Shown: positions 10,497-19,772 of the stretch, piece by piece | Layout of the letters: each line of letters opens with the position of its first letter | How positions within the stretch are numbered: the stretch's first letter is position 1 | NCBI GenBank assembly: GCA_030018675.1 | Contig: JASEHT010000003.1 | Span: 1-39,219, forward strand | Direction: 5' to 3' | Length of the DNA: 39,219 bases | From: Smithella sp. | GTDB taxonomy: Bacteria > Desulfobacterota > Syntrophia > Syntrophales > Smithellaceae | Made by a program: the position numbers and the translations under genes | The notes under the pieces: model-generated | Seen by the model: the letters and a program-made list of their open reading frames with translations, nothing else | The model's database searches: none | What the model was told of the DNA's origin: nothing

Positions 10497-11855
10497 TCAA
10501 TCTCTTTGAGCAGCTGTTTTTAATTCTTTTTTAATGCCTTCGTACACGGAAAAACTGAACTCGTTGCTCTGGCAAGGCAGCAATGAATTGTTATGATATA
10601 ACGGTTCACCGTGAATGTCAAAGCATGAGCATTTTACCGCATTATCCCACATTTGGGTTCCGGGAATAGGGGAGTATTCGGCCAGCATCGGCCGTGCTCC
10701 GCAGCTTTTCACGAAGTCGATGCTGTCTTGCACCTGCTTTGCGCTTTGAAAGGGCATGCCGCAAAGCAGATAAATACCTACATCCCTGGTTTTATAACCG
10801 GCGTTTTTCAAATGCCGGACAGCCAGGCGCAGTTCTTCATTTTTCACTTTGCCGCCGGTGTTGACCTGCGTGCTGAAATCGGATGTTTCAAAACCGAAGC
10901 GAATCGTCTTAAAGCCGGAAAAGTACAGCATTTCACTCAGTTCTTTGGTGATTGCTCTTAAATGCAGGCCGTTGGGACAATGAAACTGGCAGGATAAATT
11001 CCTTTCTTTGACTTCTCTCAGCAAAGGTTCAATCATTTCCTCAGGATTGACAAGCAGGGCGTCGTCGTAGAAGCAGAAATTTATGACACCGAACTTTTTT
11101 TGCCAGTATTCGATTTCGTCAGCCACTTGCATCGGATCGCGTCGCCGAAATTCAGGGTTGAGAATGTGGGATGCGCAATAACTGCAGCGGTAAGGGCATC
11201 CCCGCGATGTGATGAGAGGCACGTGATCTATTTTACGGATTAAATCGAAAGCAGGATAGGGATAGGAATCCAGATCGTTGACATCAGGAGAAAAAACCGG
11301 CTCTTCGTTGAAAATATTTTGAATTAATTGAAGAATTTGATTTTCTCCAGGTCCCGCAATGACATAATCAGCTCCTGAAAATTTTACGGCATGGTCATGG
11401 CAAAGCGTGGCGTATTTGCCCCCGAGCACAACCGGAATCATCGGCAACGCCTTTTTTATAAGACGGATGGCTTCAAAGACGCCAGGGTACCAGTAAGTCA
11501 TCATCGATGTTATCAGCACCATATCAGCGTCTGAATGATTCTTCACCTCTTCGGCAAACACCTCCGGCGAAATACCATAGCGGCAATAACTTCTTGATTG
11601 CGTTTTTAAGGCGTCCGGTTTGGGGACGACCTGCCGGAAGAATTTTCCGTCACCGAAGGAACGCCGTCGTGGTGCTTTGTCCTTATCTTTCGTCATGGAG
11701 GGGTGATGCGGATCGAGACAATCCAGAAAAGAAACCAGATGTTTGTTTCTACGCAGCAGAGCGCCCAAATATAACAAGCCAAGGGGTTTTATCCAGAAGT
11801 CATAAGCGGCGAAATCATATATCCACGGATTGACCAAAAGAATCTTCTTACTCAT
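10497..11855 (-). CDS. B12-binding-domain radical SAM protein
   Basis: ILLVNPW..PLGLLYL, VVLGG.YAT, SRGCPYRCSYC (CxxxCxxC), FYDD, GFET, PIPGT. Start placed at MSKKILL (11855) after a GAGG SD. Confidence 0.88.
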   Translation of the reverse strand: MSKKILLVNPWIYDFAAYDFWIKPLGLLYLGALLRRNKHLVSFLDCLDPHHPSMTKDKDKAPRRRSFGDGKFFRQVVPKPDALKTQSRSYCRYGISPEVFAEEVKNHSDADMVLITSMMTYWYPGVFEAIRLIKKALPMIPVVLGGKYATLCHDHAVKFSGADYVIAGPGENQILQLIQNIFNEEPVFSPDVNDLDSYPYPAFDLIRKIDHVPLITSRGCPYRCSYCASHILNPEFRRRDPMQVADEIEYWQKKFGVINFCFYDDALLVNPEEMIEPLLREVKERNLSCQFHCPNGLHLRAITKELSEMLYFSGFKTIRFGFETSDFSTQVNTGGKVKNEELRLAVRHLKNAGYKTRDVGIYLLCGMPFQSAKQVQDSIDFVKSCGARPMLAEYSPIPGTQMWDNAVKCSCFDIHGEPLYHNNSLLPCQSNEFSFSVYEGIKKELKTAAQRD

Positions 11856-12053
11856 CGCCTCTTGCTTATCACAATGTACGGATTTACAAAAGCACAACCG
11901 GGGTCTCAAATTTTTAAGGAATATTTACGCATAACAACCTGAAATACAAGAGGTTGTGATTAATTGACTTCACCGGCCTTTTATGTTAATCAGTCACGCC
12001 GTGCGTGTAAGTTATTAAAAATAGTAATTATTAATTTACGGGGCCTGACAAGC

Positions 12054-12809
12054 GTGAAGAAGACAACTTTGATCAATATATTTTTAAGGTCTCTTTTTAT
12101 ACATACGACGCTCAACTTCCGGAGGATGCAGAATATCGGATTTGGAGCGGCGTTAATTCCCCTGATCCGGTCTTTGCGCCTTCCAAGGGAGGAGTCGGAA
12201 AGAATTTTGACAACACATTTGCAGATATTCAATACCCATCCTTATCTTTCCGCGCCGATCTTAGGTTCAGTTGCCCGTTTGGAAGAAGATCAGGTTGCCC
12301 GGGGGGAAAACTTTGACGCTGCATCAATAAAGCAGAGCTTTATGGCTTCTTACGCGGCCATCGGCGACATTTTTTTTTGGGGCGCCTTGAGGCCTTTTGC
12401 CTCGATTGTTTCGGTTGTTCTGATATATATGGGCGCGATCATAGCGCCCCTGGCGTTTTTGCTGGTTTACACCCCGGCTCATTTATGGGTAAGATTGAAG
12501 GGGTTTGTCGAAGGTTACCGCAAAGGGAAGCGGGGATTTGAATTTATCCGCTCGCTGAATTTACCTGGTATCGCGATAAAGATACGCTGGCTTTCCATGG
12601 TTGTTTTAATCGGTTTGCTTGTCTGGCTGACACGCGAAGGGGGATACTGGCCTTTCATACAAACGGTCGGGATTGTCGTCAAATTCACCGCACTGGCGGC
12701 GGTGGTGTTTTGCCTCGCATTGATAAGAAAAGGAGTTTCTCAGGTTTATATTATTTACGGTGCGCTTGCTGTATTTATCATCGCTTCATGGGGGGGATTC
12801 TTGAATTGA
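12054..12809 (+). CDS. PTS mannose/fructose/sorbose family IID component
   Basis: NFRRMQNIGF, FNTHPY, AAIGDIFFW motifs; followed by HPr and EI. Start placed at GTG 12054 (uncertain). Confidence 0.85.
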   Translation: MKKTTLINIFLRSLFIHTTLNFRRMQNIGFGAALIPLIRSLRLPREESERILTTHLQIFNTHPYLSAPILGSVARLEEDQVARGENFDAASIKQSFMASYAAIGDIFFWGALRPFASIVSVVLIYMGAIIAPLAFLLVYTPAHLWVRLKGFVEGYRKGKRGFEFIRSLNLPGIAIKIRWLSMVVLIGLLVWLTREGGYWPFIQTVGIVVKFTALAAVVFCLALIRKGVSQVYIIYGALAVFIIASWGGFLN

Positions 12810-13078
12810 CGGAGGCGTCGCGAACTTTAAAACTGAAAAACAAACTGGGTCTTCACGCACGGGCGGCGGCGGCTTTTGTAAAAGTTGCGCAGCAATTTAA
12901 ATCGAAGATTTATCTGGAGCACAAGGGGCAGAAAGTGAACGGCGACAGCATTCTGGACATTTTGACGCTGGCTTGTCCCAAGGGCGGAAGTCTGACCATC
13001 AAAACCGAAGGGGTTGATGCAACATCCGCGCTGGAAGCATTGGAAAAACTCGTGAAGAATAAATTCGGAGAAGATTAA
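12806..13078 (+). CDS. ptsH: Phosphocarrier protein HPr
   Basis: NKLGLHARAAA (His15) and DSILDIL (Ser46 equivalent); TTG start overlapping the IID stop (TTGA). Confidence 0.92.
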   Translation: MTEASRTLKLKNKLGLHARAAAAFVKVAQQFKSKIYLEHKGQKVNGDSILDILTLACPKGGSLTIKTEGVDATSALEALEKLVKNKFGED

Positions 13079-13086
13079 AAAAATAT

Positions 13087-14868
13087 ATGAGTTCTGACCA
13101 GATAAAAAAGACATTAATTCTCAAGGGCGTGGGTGTTTCTCCGGGAATCGCCATCGGCAGATGCTATCGCTTCAATCCTTTGGACAGTCAAATATCCTTT
13201 TACAAACTCAAGGATGAATCTCTGATCCCCAAGGAAGTATCGCGCTTCAGGAAAGCGCTGAAAGAATCGGAACATCAGTTGCTGGAAATTCAAAAAAATC
13301 TGAAAAAAGCAAAAATTGCCGAACCGATTTATGTCATCGATGTTCATATTCTTATTTTAAAAGATAGAATATTTACCAATCGGACCATCCGGTACATACG
13401 AAAATTAGGCGTCAATGCCGAATGGGCGCTGAGGATGACGCTGGATCACTACAAGAAAATTTTTGCAGGCGTTGAGGACGACTATATCAGCAGCCGGATC
13501 AGTGACGTTCAGTATGTCGTGCAGAGAATCCTGCGTAATTTGTCCGGCGAAAAGCGTGAAATCGTCTGGGAAACAGGTAGTAACGGCGTGATCATTGTTG
13601 CCCATGATATTTCTCCCGCGGATACCGCCCAGATGAAGCTGGATAAAATCATGGGTTTCGCCACGGATAGCGGAGGTCGTACCTCCCATACAGCTATTGT
13701 GGCCCGGTCGCTCGAATTGCCCGCTGTCGTGGGTTTGGATAATATTACCGGTTTTGTCGCGGATGGGGACGAATTGATCGTGGACGGAACGGCCGGAATG
13801 GTCGTTGTCAATCCTTACACGGACATGCTCAAGAGGTATGAAGAAAAGAAACGTCATCATGATGCCGCCCAGGATCATTATTTGCAATACGGGGTGTTGC
13901 CCGCGACGACCCTTGATAAATTTCGGGTGAACATCGGATGCAATATAGAATTTGTGGAGGAAATTCCATCGGCGATTACTCACGGCGCGGAAAATATCGG
14001 CCTGTACCGGACCGAATTTTTGTACATTTACAGAGATACTCTGCCCACGGAAGATGATCATCTCAATAATTACCGTCAGGTTGTCGAAGATAAAAATTTA
14101 TCGTGGGCAACCATCAGGACTTTTGATCTGGGCGGCGACAAGTTTCCCAACTACCAGAAGCAGGCCAAAGAAGCCAATCCGCAGATGGGTTTGAGGGCCA
14201 TCCGTTTTTGTCTCAAGGAAGTCGATATCTTTAAGACGCAGTTAAGAGCTATCTGGCGAGCCAGCGCCTACGGGAAAATAAAAATTCTTTTCCCCATGAT
14301 ATCCAGCGTGGATGAAATCAGAGAGGCGAAAGCATTGCTGCAAGAGACGCGTCAGGAGCTTGAAGACGAAGGGGTGGATATCGCCGCCACAATTGAAACA
14401 GGGGTTATGATTGAAGTGCCTGCCGCGGTTATCATTGCGGACAAGCTGGCTCGGGAAGTCGATTTTTTCAGTATCGGCACCAATGATTTGATTCAGTATT
14501 CCCTGGCGATTGACCGCGCGAACGAACGTCTTTCCTACATGTATGAACCCCTGCATCCGGCCGTACTCAGGCTGATTAAACAGGTCGTGGAAGCGGCGCA
14601 AAAGGCTAAAATTCATACGTCCATGTGCGGAGAGATGGCCGGCGATCCTCTTTGCACCTTGATTCTTCTGGGAATGGAACTTGATGAATTGAGCATGAAT
14701 CATCTCGCCATTCCGCGGATAAAAAAAATTATCAGGGAATCAACATTAAAAGAGGCCAAGGTAATGTTGAAGAAGGCGCTATCTTTCAATACAGCAAAGG
14801 AAGTGCGGTCTTACGTTCAGGATTATATGATCAAGCGATTCCCGGATGAATTTGCCGAGGAAGATTAA
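13087..14868 (+). CDS. ptsI: PEP-protein phosphotransferase (PTS Enzyme I)
   Basis: GGRTSHTAIVARS phospho-His, IGLYRTEF, IRTFDLGGDK, EANPQMGLRAIR, SIGTNDL, MCGEMAGD. Confidence 0.97.
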   Translation: MSSDQIKKTLILKGVGVSPGIAIGRCYRFNPLDSQISFYKLKDESLIPKEVSRFRKALKESEHQLLEIQKNLKKAKIAEPIYVIDVHILILKDRIFTNRTIRYIRKLGVNAEWALRMTLDHYKKIFAGVEDDYISSRISDVQYVVQRILRNLSGEKREIVWETGSNGVIIVAHDISPADTAQMKLDKIMGFATDSGGRTSHTAIVARSLELPAVVGLDNITGFVADGDELIVDGTAGMVVVNPYTDMLKRYEEKKRHHDAAQDHYLQYGVLPATTLDKFRVNIGCNIEFVEEIPSAITHGAENIGLYRTEFLYIYRDTLPTEDDHLNNYRQVVEDKNLSWATIRTFDLGGDKFPNYQKQAKEANPQMGLRAIRFCLKEVDIFKTQLRAIWRASAYGKIKILFPMISSVDEIREAKALLQETRQELEDEGVDIAATIETGVMIEVPAAVIIADKLAREVDFFSIGTNDLIQYSLAIDRANERLSYMYEPLHPAVLRLIKQVVEAAQKAKIHTSMCGEMAGDPLCTLILLGMELDELSMNHLAIPRIKKIIRESTLKEAKVMLKKALSFNTAKEVRSYVQDYMIKRFPDEFAEED

Positions 14869-14885
14869 TGATAATCTATCGTATC

Positions 14886-14924
14886 AAGCGGGGGCGATGA
14901 CTGAACAGAATCGCCGCTTTTTTT
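14886..14924 (+). terminator. Probable intrinsic terminator after ptsI
   Basis: AAGCGG..CGAT / ATCG.CCGCTT imperfect stem followed by a T-run. Confidence 0.6.
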
Positions 14925-14992
14925 CATCGAATCAATACATAAACATTCAAATGAGATTGATTTTTTTTGTTATTTAGACGGAGCCTTGAAAA

Positions 14993-17614
14993 ATGAAAAG
15001 TAATGATCATTCAGATAACCCGAATCAGGAGCAGCAATACTATTCGGGACACCTCTATGATGAGCAGAATTTCCTGCAATTTCGTCTGGCCAAGACCTTT
15101 CTTTCACGTGTTTCCCTGGCTGACGAATACGTTGAAAATATCAGAAAGCTGTCGACGGAAGGCGTGGTCGTTTACGCTCTGAACCAGAGAAGTGAACTCA
15201 ACAGCCTCATTCTTTACGAACTTTTTAAACGCAAGGATATGCCTATCCCCGTTTACTGCCATGGCATGAGTATGTCCTTCTGGCACCCGTTGCCTCAGAT
15301 GTTGAAATTCTTCTGGTCTTCATTTCGTCGTCGCTTGGGACAGGAACAGGCGGCCTGGCAGGGGAAACTGGAATACGTAAAAAAAACCATTCAAGAAAGA
15401 AAGAGTATCGTCATCCATCTGGGGGAATCGGAATTCATCGAAAACCGCTCGGCGGAAAGTGCCATATCAACGTTGATTGATCTTCAGCAGTCAATCGACT
15501 TTCCGATTTTTATCGTTCCGGTGCTTGTTTCGTACGGTCGCCGCCGGGAGAAAGAGGACGAGGGATTGATTAATATCCTTTTCGGCCAGACCGAACATAC
15601 CGGCGCCATTCGCAGATTAATCACTTTTGCCCGTTATTCGAGCAACGCTTTTGTCATTCCTGCGGAATCCTTGAATTTATCGGAATACAGGAACGCGACG
15701 AAAAGTGGTTCACGGGACGCCATGGTTCATGAATTGCGCGGAGAATTGATCGACCGTATCGATAAGGAAAAAACGGCCATCGTCGGGCCGGCTTTGAAAT
15801 CACGGGAAGAACTTATCGGCATGGTCTTGAGTGACCCCTCAACCAAAAAATTCATTACCGACTACTCCGAAAAAGAAAAAAAGGACAGCATCGCGGTCAA
15901 AAAAGATGCCCGTCGTTATCTTTACGAAATTGCCGCGGATTACAGCGAAACGTTCATTGCCATGTGGAGAAAAGTCCTGACGTGGCTGTGGAACGATATT
16001 TACGACGGTCTGTCGGTGGATGTGGAGGGCATGGCCAGAATCAGAAACATTTCCAAAAAAATGCCTTTTATTATTGTACCCTGCCATCGGAGCCACATCG
16101 ATTATCTTCTGATCCATTACGTTTTTTACTTCAACAATATTCAGCTTCCCTTTATCGCGGCCGGCAGCAATTTGTCTTTTTTCCCGATGGGCTACATCTT
16201 CCGTAAGTCCGGAGCTTTCTTTCTTCGTAGAAGTTTCCGGGGCAATAAAGTCTATTCCGAAGTCTTTTCCAAATATCTGGCCATTCTTCTCAAAGAAGGC
16301 TTGCCTCTGGAATTTTTTATTGAAGGCGGCCGGAGCAGGACGGGAAAGATGGTGATGCCAAAATACGGGCTTCTTTCCATGGTTCTTCAGGCCTATCAGG
16401 ACAAGTATTGTGAGGACTTTGCCGTGATTCCGGTTTACATCGGCTATGATCGCGTGATCGAAGAAAAATCATATCTTAAGGAGCTGTCGGGCGAATCCAA
16501 AACTCCGGAAAATACCAAGGAAATTATCAAAACCGGTAAAATCTTAACCAAACGGTTTGGCCGCGTTTACGTCAACATTGGCGAGCCGATGATTATGAAG
16601 GACTATCTGGAAGCGCAGGAAAAGCCGATGGAGGAAATGTCGCTCGAAGAAAGGCAGAGCCTTTACCGGAAAATCGGGTATGAAATCGTTCTGGAAATCA
16701 ACAAGGTTTCGGTGGTGACGCCGTTTTCTCTGGTCGCCTGTGTTATTCTGAGCCATGATCGTCGGGGGATATCTTACAATGATTTGTTGTATGTTCTCAA
16801 TGAATTTTACGAGTATTTGACCGTGAAGAAAGTTAAATTCGCGGAAACCTTTGTCCACCGCGACAAGGCGATCATTGATGCTCTCAACAAGTTCGTGCAG
16901 GCGGGATATATCGAGAAAATCGAAGCAGAGGAAGACGAAGAAGAAGAGATGCAGGAAGTCGTCTATTCCCTAAAAGAAGAACGAAGACTTAATCTGGAAT
17001 ATTATAAAAATAATATCCTACATTTTTTTGTTCCTTTGTGCTTTGTCGCCACGTCCATCGTCAAAAACAACGAAGACTTCATTTCCCTTAATCGAATCAT
17101 GGGCGATTATACTTTCCTCAAAAATCTCTTGTGGAATGAATTTATTTTCGATGTGAACAAAGATGACGCTGAGGAAGTCAATGAAATTCTGGCTTACTTA
17201 TACGAAAGAAAGATTCTCGAATCGGTCGAACAGGATGGTCAGACACTCATTGAAATAAAAGGCCGGGGCAATAAGAGGCTTAAGCCCCTTGCCGATTTGA
17301 TTCATAATTATCTGGAATCTTTCTGGATCGTGATTAGAAGCAGTTTGTACCTTAAGAAAAATCCATTGACGAAAAAGGAATGGCTGAAAAAAATCATGGC
17401 GCTGGGCGACAGAATGTACCGCAAAGGTGAAATATTAAGAAAAGAAGCCCTTTCGCAGGCCAACTATCAAAATGTCATCATTTATCTTGAAGACGCGAAT
17501 CTCATCAAATCATTTAAGGATGAAAAGATAGACAAGAAGGATGTCGCGTACACGCTTAACGAAAACAGGGCGGAAATGGAAGTGCTGCGCAGGAGACTTT
17601 TCCGGTTCTTGTAA
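14993..17614 (+). CDS. plsB: Glycerol-3-phosphate acyltransferase (PlsB-like)
   Basis: PCHRSHIDY (HxxxxD), GAFFLRR, FFIEGGRSRTGK, IPVYIGYD, YYKNNILH. Confidence 0.88.
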   Translation: MKSNDHSDNPNQEQQYYSGHLYDEQNFLQFRLAKTFLSRVSLADEYVENIRKLSTEGVVVYALNQRSELNSLILYELFKRKDMPIPVYCHGMSMSFWHPLPQMLKFFWSSFRRRLGQEQAAWQGKLEYVKKTIQERKSIVIHLGESEFIENRSAESAISTLIDLQQSIDFPIFIVPVLVSYGRRREKEDEGLINILFGQTEHTGAIRRLITFARYSSNAFVIPAESLNLSEYRNATKSGSRDAMVHELRGELIDRIDKEKTAIVGPALKSREELIGMVLSDPSTKKFITDYSEKEKKDSIAVKKDARRYLYEIAADYSETFIAMWRKVLTWLWNDIYDGLSVDVEGMARIRNISKKMPFIIVPCHRSHIDYLLIHYVFYFNNIQLPFIAAGSNLSFFPMGYIFRKSGAFFLRRSFRGNKVYSEVFSKYLAILLKEGLPLEFFIEGGRSRTGKMVMPKYGLLSMVLQAYQDKYCEDFAVIPVYIGYDRVIEEKSYLKELSGESKTPENTKEIIKTGKILTKRFGRVYVNIGEPMIMKDYLEAQEKPMEEMSLEERQSLYRKIGYEIVLEINKVSVVTPFSLVACVILSHDRRGISYNDLLYVLNEFYEYLTVKKVKFAETFVHRDKAIIDALNKFVQAGYIEKIEAEEDEEEEMQEVVYSLKEERRLNLEYYKNNILHFFVPLCFVATSIVKNNEDFISLNRIMGDYTFLKNLLWNEFIFDVNKDDAEEVNEILAYLYERKILESVEQDGQTLIEIKGRGNKRLKPLADLIHNYLESFWIVIRSSLYLKKNPLTKKEWLKKIMALGDRMYRKGEILRKEALSQANYQNVIIYLEDANLIKSFKDEKIDKKDVAYTLNENRAEMEVLRRRLFRFL

Positions 17615-17618
17615 ATTT

Positions 17619-18401
17619 ATGAGCCGTCTCTTATATAAAATGAATTCAACAAAAACAGGCAAAGACACGAAACTTTTCCTTCATTTAAAAAAATGGCTGG
17701 AAAAAGCGGTTCTGGATTACGACATGATCCAGGAAGGAGACCGCCTCCTGATTGGCGTTTCGGGAGGAGCGGATAGTATGGTTCTGCTCGACCTGCTCGA
17801 TTCCCCGATGCTTTTCATTCCCCGATTTTCTTTTGTTGCCGTTAACATTGACATGGGCTTCGAGCCTACGTATAGGAAATACGAAAAACTGGAGAAGTAT
17901 TTTCAGAAGAACCATTACCATTATGTAATGGAAAAAACGGACATCGGTGTTTTATCCCATTCCGATTTTAATAGAAAAAATCCCTGTTTTTTGTGTTCCC
18001 GGCTGAGAAGAAAAAGAATATTCGAGATAGCCGACGCCGAAGGCTGCAACAAAATCGCTTTCGCGCATCACAGGGACGATATTATTGAAACCCTTCTAAT
18101 CAATATGTTTTACGGGCGGGAAATCAGCACCATGGTGCCGAATCAGAGTATATTCGGCGGCAAGCTGCACATTATCCGTCCGCTTGCCTATCTGAAGCAA
18201 GAAGTAATAAAAAAATACAGCAAGGAACGCCGGCTTCCGATTCTGAAAAACGATTGTCCGACCAGCAAAACATCGAAGAGGATTTACATCAAAAACCTCC
18301 TCAAGAAACTAGAGCGTGATAACAAAGAAATACGTGACAATATTTACAAAGCCATGAGCCATGTCAAACCGGACTACCTTCTTCCAAATAAAGAAAAATA
18401 A
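17619..18401 (+). CDS. ttcA: tRNA 2-thiocytidine(32) synthetase TtcA-like
   Basis: PP-loop SGGADS, PCFLCSRLRR, AHHRDDIIET, IIRPLAY, CP. Start is ATG 17619 or 17640. Confidence 0.85.
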   Translation: MSRLLYKMNSTKTGKDTKLFLHLKKWLEKAVLDYDMIQEGDRLLIGVSGGADSMVLLDLLDSPMLFIPRFSFVAVNIDMGFEPTYRKYEKLEKYFQKNHYHYVMEKTDIGVLSHSDFNRKNPCFLCSRLRRKRIFEIADAEGCNKIAFAHHRDDIIETLLINMFYGREISTMVPNQSIFGGKLHIIRPLAYLKQEVIKKYSKERRLPILKNDCPTSKTSKRIYIKNLLKKLERDNKEIRDNIYKAMSHVKPDYLLPNKEK

Positions 18402-18408
18402 ACTATTT

Positions 18409-18536
18409 GTCATTCCCGAGTGTTCCTGTCGGGAATCTAAAGAACGACTGTCATCTCCACGTGCGCCTGGCAGGCCATGGTGCCCCTTGGGGTAAATCTA
18501 AAAAATGGATCCCCGACAGGCCCATTCGGGGATGAC
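18409..18536. repeat. Composite REP-like palindromic repeat (GTCAT-tagged hairpins: two direct units and one inverted)
   Basis: Unit 1 18409-18439 gtcattcccgagtgttcctgtcgggaatcta; unit 3 18506-18536 reverse complement gtcatccccgaatgggcctgtcggggatcca; unit 2 18450-18500 shares the gtcat...aatcta ends but has a different interior. Confidence 0.85.
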
Positions 18537-18635
18537 CGTTAAAGTGTGAGTATCTTCAGGTACGGATAATATTATTGGACTGTTAATATATTAAATAATT
18601 GTAGCATTCAGAAAAGTTTCATGTAAAATCAAACC

Positions 18636-19112
18636 ATGGCAAAAGAAAACACAGCACAAAAACTGATCGCGTCCAATAAAATGGCGCGGGTGAATTATGA
18701 AATCGGCGATATTTACGAAGCCGGCCTGATCTTAACCGGAACGGAAGTGAAAGCGTTGCGCGCCGGTAAGGCCAATCTCAAAGATAGTTATGCCGTTGTC
18801 AAGGATGATGAAGTTTATCTGCGGGAGATGCACATCAGCCATTACGATCACGGCAACCGCTTTAATCACGAACCGTTGCGGCCACGCAAACTGCTCTTGC
18901 ACAAACGGGAGATTCGCAAGCTCTACGGCAAATCGCGAGAAAGAGGCCTTGCTCTGGTGCCACTCAAACTCTATTTTAAAAACGGCAAGGTAAAGGTGGA
19001 AATCGGAATCGGCAAAGGCAAAAAACTTTATGACCGCCGCGATGATATCAAGCAGCGCGAAGAGCGGCGAACATTGGCCCGCGATTTCAAATCCAGGCAG
19101 ATAAAAGTCTGA
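18636..19112 (+). CDS. smpB: SsrA-binding protein SmpB
   Basis: [44 protein letters not shown]; adjacent to tmRNA. Confidence 0.98.
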   Translation: MAKENTAQKLIASNKMARVNYEIGDIYEAGLILTGTEVKALRAGKANLKDSYAVVKDDEVYLREMHISHYDHGNRFNHEPLRPRKLLLHKREIRKLYGKSRERGLALVPLKLYFKNGKVKVEIGIGKGKKLYDRRDDIKQREERRTLARDFKSRQIKV

Positions 19113-19178
19113 TAAAAAGCTCATCAATAACAGTATCTTCCTTTAAAAATCAGGTAATTATTTTCTTAAAATCTTTCT

Positions 19179-19207
19179 TTGACAAAACGAGTGTAAGTGT
19201 TTATATT
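19179..19207 (+). promoter_or_regulatory. sigma70-type promoter of tmRNA
   Basis: TTGACA (19179-19184), 17 nt, TATATT (19202-19207), just upstream of the mature 5' end. Confidence 0.75.
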
Positions 19208-19225
19208 ATAAGCAAAACAAATAAA

Positions 19226-19578
19226 GGGGGCGTCACGGTTTCGACGGGGACATTTGAAGTTGTAGAAGCGTGCCGAGGTTCCTACAGGCCTCGTTAAACA
19301 GGTAGGAAACATATAATCGCAGAAAACTACGATTACGCTTTAGCAGCTTAGACTGCTAACGTTCCACCCGGTTCTCCTGTTGATCGGAATGGAACGTCAT
19401 TCAGACAGGATAGCCAAACTTCTTGCCTGGGGGAGGGCGGCGAATACTTACAGGATAGCGCGGGGCGATCCGGCCTTAGGGAGCAAACCAGCGTGAAGGT
19501 TATAAAACGAAGGCTACGCACGTAGAAGCTCCAGCGGAAGGTTTTCGGACGCGGGTTCGACTCCCGCCGCCTCCACCA
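19226..19578 (+). ncRNA. ssrA: tmRNA, resume tag AENYDYALAA*
   Basis: 5' GGGGGCG...GGTTTCGACGGG; 3' GCGGGTTCGACTCCCGCCGCCTCCACCA; acceptor stem with the G3-U alanine wobble; tag frame 19319-19351 GCA GAA AAC TAC GAT TAC GCT TTA GCA GCT TAG; directly after smpB. Confidence 0.97.
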
Positions 19579-19608
19579 ATAAGGAATCCAACACAATCTA
19601 ATCAGTTG

Positions 19609-19636
19609 AAAAACCAGTAGAAATACTGGTTTTTTT
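19609..19636 (+). terminator. Intrinsic terminator of tmRNA
   Basis: AAAAACCAGTA-GAAA-TACTGGTTTTTTT perfect hairpin with T-tract. Confidence 0.88.
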
Positions 19637-19772
19637 CTTGCAATGTTTTCAAGAAGTTGTAAGATGCACGTCAATATAAAAAAAATAATGAACGCAAAGG
19701 AGCAACTTTTCAAGCCCCTCATGATTAGCCTAAAGAACAATATTATTTGATGCACATTTTACAAGGAATACA

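Noticed and set aside
18409-18536. CRISPR array
   Set aside because: Three non-identical units in mixed orientation with 5-10 nt spacing, and no cas genes.
18461-18540. Complete group II intron starting at GTGCG
   Set aside because: Only about 175 nt remain before smpB, with no domain V and no RT ORF. Kept only as a possible mini-element.
19664-19750. 28-codon ORF upstream of RhuM-Fic as an antitoxin
   Set aside because: No SD and no Phd- or VbhA-like motif.
19348-19755. 135-aa minus-strand ORF containing WWRRRESNPRP
   Set aside because: Antisense translation of the tmRNA 3' end and terminator; a typical artefact.
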